A DNA stretch of 17,683 bases. Origin: an uncultured Deferribacteres bacterium. GTDB lineage: Bacteria > Zhuqueibacterota > Zhuqueibacteria > Zhuqueibacterales > Geothermadaptataceae. How positions within the stretch are numbered: position 1 is the stretch's first letter; each line of letters starts with the position of its first letter. Of the stretch, positions 9,281-16,546 are shown one piece after another. Location of the stretch: positions 1 through 17,683 of the forward strand of contig CAXHAT010000163.1 of the NCBI GenBank assembly GCA_964014485.1. Direction: 5' to 3'. A program made the position numbers and the translations under genes. The notes beneath the pieces are model-generated. The model did not search any database, had not been told where the DNA came from, and was given only the letters and a program-made list of their open reading frames with translations.

Positions 9281-9308
9281 GTAGGGGTTCAAAATCTTGA
9301 ACCCCTAC
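9281..9308. repeat. GTAG-type REP-like palindrome, copy 1
   Basis: GTAGGGGTTCAA-AATC-TTGAACCCCTAC; exact reverse complement of 15115-15142. Confidence 0.85.
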
Positions 9309-9346
9309 AACACGCTTTGCAATTTTTGTGTTTTAGACATCTCTAC

Positions 9347-10078
9347 CTAAACATGTGAATCCAAAAAATACGGCAGCATCTGTCGCCAGGTCGGCCAATC
9401 GTGGGCCATGTCATGCCCCCAAAGGTCGAGGGTGTGGGAAATGTTTTTGCTGTTAAGAATTTCGGAAAAATGTTGTGACGCTTCCGGCTTTTCATAATTG
9501 CCCTGACCGCTGGCGATGATGATGGTCTTGTCGGTGCGCAATTGGTTCAACAGATCTTCATCGTCAAGCCCGGGCATGTAGTCCGCCGGTGAATTGAAGT
9601 AGCAATTATCGTCGTAGTAACCGTTGGTGTAATCTTTCAGATTGTAACTGCCGCTCATACCGATGACGCCCTTAAAAATATCCGGGCGCTTGAAAAACAT
9701 GTTCACGGAATGCAGCGCGCCCAGAGACGCACCGGTGATCACAATCGGGGTCAAGCCTTGGCAATGATTGTGGATAAACGGCACGACTTCTTCAAAAACG
9801 TAGTCATTAAATTGCATGTGCCGAACCGCTTTGTCCGCCGGATTCATCTGGTCATTCAGCCAGCTCTCGCTGTTGATGCTGTTGATGGAGAACGCTTTGC
9901 ATTTGCCGCTGTTGATCGCTCCGGAAATCGCGTCGATGAGGTGAAAACGCTCGTACTCAAGGAAATCCGCCGCTGCGGTCGGCAGCATGAGGAGAGCGAA
10001 ACCGTAATGCCCGTAAACCGCCACTTCCATATCTTTGTTCAGCCTCGGACTCCACCATTTGTGAATTTCTCTATGCAC
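9347..10078 (-). CDS. Alpha/beta-hydrolase-fold esterase
   Basis: 243 aa. Nucleophile elbow GASLG, C-terminal HDWPTW His, N-terminal WWSPRL..DM..VYGHYG typical of the putative esterase family. GTG start with GGAG RBS. Confidence 0.85.
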   Translation of the reverse strand: MHREIHKWWSPRLNKDMEVAVYGHYGFALLMLPTAAADFLEYERFHLIDAISGAINSGKCKAFSINSINSESWLNDQMNPADKAVRHMQFNDYVFEEVVPFIHNHCQGLTPIVITGASLGALHSVNMFFKRPDIFKGVIGMSGSYNLKDYTNGYYDDNCYFNSPADYMPGLDDEDLLNQLRTDKTIIIASGQGNYEKPEASQHFSEILNSKNISHTLDLWGHDMAHDWPTWRQMLPYFLDSHV

Positions 10079-10097
10079 AGATTTCTCCAGAATAAGA

Positions 10098-12593
10098 TTA
10101 CTCGACTAAAATCATTTTTCGGCTTTCTACGAATCGTTGCCCTGTACTCGAAGTGAGAACGAGCCGATACAAATATGCGCCTGAAGCAAGCAAACGCCCC
10201 TTTGAATCGCGACTGTCCCAATCGACTTCATAAGCGCCGGCGCGCTCGTAATTGTTTTCAAACGTGCGGACAAGCTTGCCGAGAATGTCGAAAATTTCAA
10301 GCGTTGCGCGACCAGCCGCAGGAAGGTCAAAAGCAATGGTTGTGTTTGGGTTGAACGGGTTGGGAAAATTTTGGTGAAGCGCAAAAACCGTCGGCAGACT
10401 TGGAGTTTTATCATCAACTCCAGTCGTCGCGTCTTCAAAGAAATCCAATACGCGCGCCATCACATCGTTTCGCGCCGATTCAGGATAAATGGTCTCGAAA
10501 GGAACAGAGAGATGCACCAGTTTTCCCGGCGCTTTGCCGTTTGGAAAAATGCCATTGAAGGACACGCCCGCCCCGCCGGAAGCAATGCCGACGTCCAGGT
10601 ATTTTAGACAGACAACCCCGCCTTGCGCGCCCTGGATTGCGTCCGGCCAGTCCACGTCGAACGTACCCTGCGAGCCGTCGTCAAAATCGAAGTCTTCCAA
10701 GCCATCGAAGAGTTCGTCGGCGACGGGTTCGGCAGTGTAATAAAGTCCGCGATTATTGTTGGGCGCGTCCGCGATGTAATTCGCTTTTAAAAAGTTGTGA
10801 TAGAACGCTGCATCGGAGGCGGAACCGCGCGCTTGCAAATCCCAGCCAATTTCAGCGCCGGAAACAAAGAGCTTGCCGCCGTTTTGTAAAAAAGCTTCGA
10901 CGCTGTCTTGCTCAATCGGATTGAATGTTTCGTCCGCTGTGCTTTCGTCGCCCAAAATCCAGTCGATCATCGTAAAATCAGTCAAAGCCAAACGCCCTCG
11001 AGAAACGGCCTCATTGCTTGCGGAAGAAAAAGCGAAACCCCTGTTTTGAATCGCATGGGCATGCTGCCTGATATAATCGAAGCGGTTGTTTGTCCCAGTC
11101 GTCCGGTCAAAACCGTGAACGATGAGAAGCCGGTGGGAATTGGCGCTTGGTACGCCGGCGAGGGTTTCGGTTTGCTGCGAAAGCCCCGTTGAATTGACGG
11201 CTCGCAAGCGCAGGAAATAGAGTTTTTCCGGTTCAAGGTTATGCAGCACGGCATTGTTTGAAGCGACAAAAACCGAGTCTTCAAATTCGAGCCCATTGTC
11301 GCTCAAGTAGACAAAATAGCCTGAAGCGCGTCGCGCCGGTTCAAACTGGATGCGCAAGGCGTTCTCGTTTTCATTCAAAACGCGAAACGAGAGCGGCGTG
11401 TCCGGGACCGGTATTTCGCCGCTGCCGAATTCCTGGTCGAGCAAACTCCAAAGCTCCTGACGATTGCCGTCATAGCCGAGCGCCCACATGCCGACGCCCT
11501 TGTAGCCCTTGATTTTTGCCAGGTTGTACTTCATCGCCAGACTCGAATCGTTGTCAAACCAAACCTGGTTCCAGTGCGAACCGTCGTCCCAGCGATACCA
11601 GGGCGTTTGGGAAGCGGTTTCCCATTGCTGGCCGTAGGTGAGTGCGCCGGACATGGCCGAATCAAAAAAACGCGCGCCAATAAAATCCGTGACGGAAGAC
11701 CGCGCGCCCGATGACGTCGTTTTCCAGTGATGTCCGTAGTAAGGAACGCCAAGAATCAGCTTTTCGGGCATGTTCTGAGTGACTTGCGAAAACTGCACGT
11801 TGACTGTGTTTGAGATATTTACCGCGCCGCCGATCAGCGGTGCGTTCGGCCCTGAAGTTGAGCTCCAACTGCCGTGAAAAGCGTAGCCCATGATGAACAA
11901 ATAATCGCAGCTTTGCGCCAAGCCGAGATAGTCCCAAGTGTCGCCCCAATTCACGGCGGGAGCGTCAAAACTGACTTCCGAGCCGGGGACTTCACGGTGC
12001 ATGTACTCGGTCAACTCCGCCATAAACCCGTTGATCCGCCAATGCCATCCCGAAGAATTGCTTCCCTCAAAATCAATGTTGATTCCGTCCGCCGTCCCTT
12101 CCAACATTTTGTTTTTAATGTTCTCAAAAAAGCGCTGTTTGTTCTGCTCGCTAGTGATGAGCGTGTTGATATCGGTCGGATCAAAAAGCGTGGCGGTGAG
12201 AATAACTTTGACGCCCTTGGCGTGCGCTTCGTTGATCAAATTGTTCCAGGGCCAGCCGTGATCATTGCCGAGCGTGCCGTTTGCGTTGACCTCGACGGCA
12301 AAGGCGGCGACATGCGTCAAAAGGTCGAAATTCAAAAACTCGCTGGTGCTCCAGTAAGGTAAAAATCCAAAAACGGTTGCATCCAGGCGCGCCGCTTTTG
12401 CAAGGCGGGGTTGCAGAGGCAGGATCCGCGCGTCTCTATCACCGACGAGGTCAGGTGAAACTGGCGTATTTTTGTGCCTTTCCATCTCAAAGGCGTGCAT
12501 GCTGCTATAAAATTCTTGCGATAACGCGAAAGGCAGGCTGGTTAGGAGAAGAAAGCAAAATGCGGCAACGCGCCGGACGATCTGAGCGGTCAT
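10098..12593 (-). CDS. Secreted GH18 glycoside hydrolase (chitinase/chitobiase-like) with FnIII, an uncharacterised alpha/beta domain and a C-terminal FlgD-Ig/T9SS-type sorting domain
   Basis: Signal peptide ending ALS|Q. GH18 motifs DGINIDFEG, FIMGYAF, KLILGVPYYG, GVGMWALGYD. FnIII-like ASGYFVY..LEPEKLYFLRLRAVN. Tail FALHQNFPNPFNPNTTI...IFDILGKLV...WD.RD..G..LASGAYLYRL...RKMILVE. Confidence 0.9.
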   Translation of the reverse strand: MTAQIVRRVAAFCFLLLTSLPFALSQEFYSSMHAFEMERHKNTPVSPDLVGDRDARILPLQPRLAKAARLDATVFGFLPYWSTSEFLNFDLLTHVAAFAVEVNANGTLGNDHGWPWNNLINEAHAKGVKVILTATLFDPTDINTLITSEQNKQRFFENIKNKMLEGTADGINIDFEGSNSSGWHWRINGFMAELTEYMHREVPGSEVSFDAPAVNWGDTWDYLGLAQSCDYLFIMGYAFHGSWSSTSGPNAPLIGGAVNISNTVNVQFSQVTQNMPEKLILGVPYYGHHWKTTSSGARSSVTDFIGARFFDSAMSGALTYGQQWETASQTPWYRWDDGSHWNQVWFDNDSSLAMKYNLAKIKGYKGVGMWALGYDGNRQELWSLLDQEFGSGEIPVPDTPLSFRVLNENENALRIQFEPARRASGYFVYLSDNGLEFEDSVFVASNNAVLHNLEPEKLYFLRLRAVNSTGLSQQTETLAGVPSANSHRLLIVHGFDRTTGTNNRFDYIRQHAHAIQNRGFAFSSASNEAVSRGRLALTDFTMIDWILGDESTADETFNPIEQDSVEAFLQNGGKLFVSGAEIGWDLQARGSASDAAFYHNFLKANYIADAPNNNRGLYYTAEPVADELFDGLEDFDFDDGSQGTFDVDWPDAIQGAQGGVVCLKYLDVGIASGGAGVSFNGIFPNGKAPGKLVHLSVPFETIYPESARNDVMARVLDFFEDATTGVDDKTPSLPTVFALHQNFPNPFNPNTTIAFDLPAAGRATLEIFDILGKLVRTFENNYERAGAYEVDWDSRDSKGRLLASGAYLYRLVLTSSTGQRFVESRKMILVE

Positions 12594-12808
12594 TTGATAT
12601 TCGATTTTTTCTTTTTGTGTTGCTCCATGTGTTCCTGATGCGGGGATTTCCAGCCTTCAGGGCGGTCTGGAGTTTTCAGACTGTCAGCATTCGTCGAATC
12701 CTGTTTCGCAAGCTCATGTGCTTGTTTTTCGGTATTTTCGCGTTCGCTCTTTTTGTTCCCACAGCTAATGGCGAGAGAAATAATGAAGAGCAATGCTGGT
12801 AATTTCAT
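12590..12808 (-). CDS. Small predicted lipoprotein
   Basis: 72 aa. MK, a hydrophobic stretch and lipobox LAISC(16), then a charged hydrophilic tail. Its stop overlaps the GH18 ATG (ATGA). Confidence 0.75.
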   Translation of the reverse strand: MKLPALLFIISLAISCGNKKSERENTEKQAHELAKQDSTNADSLKTPDRPEGWKSPHQEHMEQHKKKKSNIK

Positions 12809-12908
12809 AAAATGGCTCGTGAGTCATTTGAATGAATCAAAACGTAACCACCCAAGTCATTCGGCGGCGACGCCCTACCGCCAACCTAATTTCGAGACGC
12901 CCAAAATT

Positions 12909-13032
12909 CTCGTTCCCAATCTCAGGATTGGGAACGCAATTGCACTCGAAACTCCAGTTTCGACTGAGTTCTTTGGTTCGAAACTGGAGTTTCGCGCCCA
13001 TTTTCATTCCCAAACCGGAGTTTGGGAACGAG
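12909..13032. repeat. Composite four-hairpin palindromic element (REPIN/MITE-like)
   Basis: Terminal IR CTCGTTCCCAA (12909-12919) / TTGGGAACGAG (13022-13032). Hairpins at 12911-12936, 12946-12963, 12979-12994 and 13007-13028. 12947-12963 is the exact reverse complement of 12978-12994. Confidence 0.85.
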
Positions 13033-13113
13033 CCGTAATGAGGCACTGTTTTCGGCTGAGTCTCGGAAATGCTTAACCGCGCGTAACATCAGTTAATTTA
13101 CAAATATCCAACT

Positions 13114-13148
13114 TAACTCTGACAGGGTTCAGAACCCTGTCAGAGTTA
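13114..13148. repeat. Perfect 17-bp-arm palindrome (REP-like)
   Basis: TAACTCTGACAGGGTTC-A-GAACCCTGTCAGAGTTA. Confidence 0.8.
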
Positions 13149-13311
13149 GAAATTATTCAAAAGCTCCGTCTCCAGAGCGTCGCCGAATCATACTTAAAAT
13201 GAAGTATAATTTTTCAAGCACCCACATGTGACGGTTTTCTGACAAAGCCGCCTTCGGCGGGATGTTCCCTAGCTCAGCGGTCTTTTGTTCGTCCGCTTAA
13301 AATTCAGCCTT

Positions 13312-13330
13312 TTGTCTCACGGCGAGACAA
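13312..13330. promoter_or_regulatory. Candidate enhancer (UAS) palindrome for a sigma54 activator
   Basis: TTGTCTC-N5-GAGACAA, about 120-140 bp upstream of the -24 element. Confidence 0.35.
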
Positions 13331-13450
13331 TTTCAATTTTGTACTTCCGCAAACAATTACGAAATTGGATATAACTTTTGCGAAAGACGAGCATCCCGGA
13401 TGCGCAGCTTTGTAATTGAATTGCGCCAATGGCTTCGGACGATCAGCAAT

Positions 13451-13467
13451 TTGGCCTTGTTGTTGCT
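13451..13467 (+). promoter_or_regulatory. Putative sigma54 (-24/-12) promoter of the STAS gene
   Basis: TTGGCCTTGTTGTTGCT: GG (13453-54)-N10-GC (13465-66), matching TGGC-N7-TTGC, about 120 nt before the ATG. Confidence 0.55.
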
Positions 13468-13589
13468 CTATTTCGTAATCTAACGCCTGATTTTTACGAA
13501 AAGCAGACACAGGCGTGACGCCCGCACATCGGTTTTGTCGTATATTCATTCCATCAAACATGTTTTAACGGAGAAACAGGCGAGTAAAA

Positions 13590-14015
13590 ATGACTAGAAT
13601 CTTAAAGAAAATCAGAGATGATGACGGAACTGCAATTGCTGAATTGGCCGCTATGATTGATTTTCGGAATGAGCCGAAACAAATACTCATTTCTCTCTCC
13701 GGCGTCATTCTTGGCGAGCAGACTTTTGAGCTGAAAGATTATTTGCAAAACCTGTCTTTCTTTCCGGCGGATCGTTGGGTGCTTGACTTGGGAGATCTGG
13801 ACGTTATCAGTCAACGCGGGTTGTTTTCACTGGTGAAAATGTCTTCTGTTTTGAAAGGGCGCGGGCAGATTTTGGAGATCAGCAATATCAATCTGGGGTT
13901 GCGCGCCACTTTGCAGCAGCTCAATCTGGAAAAATTCTTCATCTTTACCAAAGAGCCGACGCGCATCGATGACGTCGAAATCCCTTTTGACATGGAAGCC
14001 ATCAGTTTGAACTAA
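13590..14015 (+). CDS. STAS-domain (anti-sigma-factor antagonist-like) protein
   Basis: ILISLSGVI, WVLDLGDLDVISQRGL..LV, ..RGQILEISNI, LQQLNLEKFF follow the SpoIIAA/RsbV pattern. Confidence 0.85.
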   Translation: MTRILKKIRDDDGTAIAELAAMIDFRNEPKQILISLSGVILGEQTFELKDYLQNLSFFPADRWVLDLGDLDVISQRGLFSLVKMSSVLKGRGQILEISNINLGLRATLQQLNLEKFFIFTKEPTRIDDVEIPFDMEAISLN

Positions 14016-14077
14016 AGTGCCCCCTTCATTGACGCGTCAATATTTAACCGTTTTTTTTTCGCATCTCGGGTTCGGAT

Positions 14078-14878
14078 TTATTCGGCGACGTCCGTCGTCA
14101 CGGCATTTACGTTTGTCCAGGCAAACCAATTTTCAAAGCCGAGAAAATTCGCCCATAGTTGAATCATTTCCACGTCCGTTTCATAATCATCTTTCTTGCG
14201 ATCCAACGTTAAACTAGCAAGCTTGCGTCCTTCTTCCGCTTCCTGAACGTTTTGGAACGCGCCGAGAAGGTCAATTTCCAAGTACCGCCCAAGAATGTCA
14301 AAATAGGCGTAGTGCATCGTGCATGAGGCGACATAGATTTTTTCCGGCGTCAGCGCCTTAACTTCGTCGCTCAGAACGCCCGTGGCGTCCTCCAACTTTT
14401 TCTTAAGCACATCCATTTGCACCGGTCGAATCTCTGGATAAAATTTATACAACCATTGCTCGATGGCGACGTCCAGCGGGTAATTGGTGAGCTGGCGAAC
14501 GATGCTGTTGAACCAAAAATGCGACATGCTCGCGACTTTTTCGATAGCGTATTCCGACCGTAGTTTAATGAGATCCGGCTCAATGTCTTTCAGCGCAGCA
14601 AAACGCATCTGCGATGTTGACATTGGCACGATGCGTTTCTCCGGCGGCGCTTCGTACAGGCGCAAAATGTGAACGCATTCATGCGCGATAGCGTGGTAAA
14701 GTGCGGCCGACTGCGAGCGATCAATATAAAATGTATGCACGGGGACGTTTTCATTGGCGAGCTTAACTGAAACCGGCGTCGCCAGCCCGCGTTTTTCAAC
14801 CAGCTTGACTTTTTTGCCGGAAACTGCTTCCACCTTAACCGTCAAATCCCGAACGGTCCGCATCAAATTTGTGTCCAT
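14078..14878 (-). CDS. Hypothetical protein with HExxH zinc-metallopeptidase motif
   Basis: HAIAHECVH motif and downstream PLDVAIE. ATG 14878 has an AGAGGA RBS; the ORF can extend to 14902. No signal peptide. Confidence 0.75.
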   Translation of the reverse strand: MDTNLMRTVRDLTVKVEAVSGKKVKLVEKRGLATPVSVKLANENVPVHTFYIDRSQSAALYHAIAHECVHILRLYEAPPEKRIVPMSTSQMRFAALKDIEPDLIKLRSEYAIEKVASMSHFWFNSIVRQLTNYPLDVAIEQWLYKFYPEIRPVQMDVLKKKLEDATGVLSDEVKALTPEKIYVASCTMHYAYFDILGRYLEIDLLGAFQNVQEAEEGRKLASLTLDRKKDDYETDVEMIQLWANFLGFENWFAWTNVNAVTTDVAE

Positions 14879-15114
14879 GCACTTCTTTCCTCTTCTGAGC
14901 ATTAAAATCCGAAATCAAAAATCTATAGCAAAATCCTGCGAATTCCAACGCTTTTATCTTGGCTCATCTTAAGAGTGAATCTATATTGATTCCCGACGTT
15001 GCGATTGGCTCCTGTCCGAAAACCTTGGGCGTCTTGACATTCCGGATGATCGCAGGTGTCTTTGGGAACGGGCCGTTTAAAAACATGGCCGCTGAATGAG
15101 AGGCACCCCCAAAT

Positions 15115-15142
15115 GTAGGGGTTCAAGATTTTGAACCCCTAC
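15115..15142. repeat. GTAG-type REP-like palindrome, copy 2
   Basis: GTAGGGGTTCAA-GATT-TTGAACCCCTAC; 28/28 reverse complement of 9281-9308. Confidence 0.85.
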
Positions 15143-15204
15143 GGCATCTTGTGTAAAGCCTAAAAACATTATACGTTGCAACAACCCGCTTAAGCCTTGT
15201 GCGT

Positions 15205-15224
15205 TCAAACACTGAAGTGTTTGA
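15205..15224. repeat. 9-bp-arm palindrome (operator or REP-like) upstream of the Cys/Met enzyme
   Basis: TCAAACACT-GA-AGTGTTTGA followed by CTCC. Confidence 0.55.
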
Positions 15225-15297
15225 CTCCAGAGTTTTCATGAGGCTCTAAACGCTGTTTCGTCTCAGTGTACACAAAAATCATTTGAAAGGCGCGGCA

Positions 15298-16437
15298 ATG
15301 AAAAAGCAAACATCTCAAAAAACGCTTTTAGCGCAAGCCGGTCATTTTATCGACCCGCAAACCGGCGCGGTAACGCCGCCGATCCTTCCTTCCACAACAT
15401 TTGCTCGCGACGAGCAATATGAATTGATCGGCGATTACCTTTATTCGCGTGATCAAAACCCGACTCACGACCAGGTAGAAAAAGTGGCGGCGGAATTAGA
15501 CGGCGGCGCCGAAGCAAAACTATTCGCTTCGGGCATGGCGGCCATCACGGCTGTTTTCGAGACCGTCAATATTGGTGAACATATCGTCGCGCCGAGAGTC
15601 ATGTATCACGGCGCGCAGGACTGGCTGCGGCGCATCTCTGAAAAGCGTCAAATCAGCCTGACGCTTTTCGACGCCGCCGAGCCCGGAGCGCTCAAAAAAG
15701 CCGTTCGTCCAGGCGAAACAACGTTGGTCTGGATCGAATCGCCCGTAAACCCGACCTGGGACGTGATCGACATTGCTGAAGCGGCGGAAATTGCTCACGG
15801 CGTTAGTGCGACTCTCGCCGTTGACGGCACCGTGGCCCCGCCGGTCACCCAGCGCGCTCTAGACTTGGGCGTGGATTTGGTTTTCCACTCGGCGACAAAG
15901 TATCTGAACGGGCACAGCGACGTAACCGCCGGCCTTTTGGTCACAAAGGAAAAAGACGCTCGCTGGGAAGAGATCAAAAAAATCCGCAAGTATGTTGGCG
16001 GCGTTTCCAGCGCTTTCGACGCGTGGCTGCTTTTGCGCGGCATGCGAACGCTGTCCGTCCGGTTCGAGCGCGCTTGCGAAAACGCCATGGAAATTGCGAG
16101 ACGTTTTGAAAGTCATCCGAAAATCGAGCGCGTGCTCTACCCGGGTCTGGAAAGCCATCCCGGGCACGAAATTGCTAAGCGACAAATGAAAAACGGCTTT
16201 GGCGGCATGTTGTCGCTCAAAATCAGAGGCGATGCGCAAATGGCGCGAAAAGTTGCTTCAAGGACAAAGATATTCATTCCGGCCACATCTCTCGGCGGCG
16301 TGGAAAGCCTGATCGAGCACCGCGCTTCCGTTGAAGGACCGCACAGCGTCGTTCCGCCCAACTTGCTGCGTCTCTCCGTCGGCATTGAAGACGTCGGAAT
16401 GCTGATTGACGATTTGGAGCAAGCGTTGTCAACATGA
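15298..16437 (+). CDS. Cys/Met metabolism PLP-dependent enzyme (cystathionine gamma-synthase/gamma-lyase family)
   Basis: TGAVTPPI..STTF, YSRDQNPT, FASGMAA, WIESPVNP, PLP-Lys motif HSATKYLNGHSD, LRGMRTL, YPGL, FGGMLS, SLGGVESL, LRLSVGIED. ATG 15298 follows AAAGG; TTG 15283 is an alternative. Confidence 0.93.
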   Translation: MKKQTSQKTLLAQAGHFIDPQTGAVTPPILPSTTFARDEQYELIGDYLYSRDQNPTHDQVEKVAAELDGGAEAKLFASGMAAITAVFETVNIGEHIVAPRVMYHGAQDWLRRISEKRQISLTLFDAAEPGALKKAVRPGETTLVWIESPVNPTWDVIDIAEAAEIAHGVSATLAVDGTVAPPVTQRALDLGVDLVFHSATKYLNGHSDVTAGLLVTKEKDARWEEIKKIRKYVGGVSSAFDAWLLLRGMRTLSVRFERACENAMEIARRFESHPKIERVLYPGLESHPGHEIAKRQMKNGFGGMLSLKIRGDAQMARKVASRTKIFIPATSLGGVESLIEHRASVEGPHSVVPPNLLRLSVGIEDVGMLIDDLEQALST

Positions 16438-16546
16438 TTTGTAGAGAAGCGATGTATCGCGTATCAACAGCTTCCGCGCTAGTGACCCTGGACGCGAAAA
16501 GCGCATAAAATCAAGATAAACTCTGACAAAAAGCAGGAGGCGTTCG

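Noticed and set aside
12590..12620. -1 frameshift in the C-AAA-AAG-AAA-AAA run fusing the lipoprotein to GH18
   Set aside because: The -1 frame is open, but the heptamer is imperfect, GH18 has its own complete signal peptide, and the ATGA overlap explains the arrangement.
12753..13076. Short ORFs over the palindromic element (12753-13076, 12832-13038, 12837-13046)
   Set aside because: They are translations of the repeat with no protein-like features.
14028..14059. Intrinsic terminator (ATTGACGCGTCAAT plus T-tract) after the STAS gene
   Set aside because: The palindrome is perfect but has no loop, a weak stem and an 8-nt gap before the T-run; not enough support.
15100..15150. 3' end of 6S RNA (CACCC..GGGTTCAAG..CGGCATC resemblance)
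   Set aside because: The match is mostly explained by the REP that also occurs at 9281, and no convincing 5' closing strand was found.
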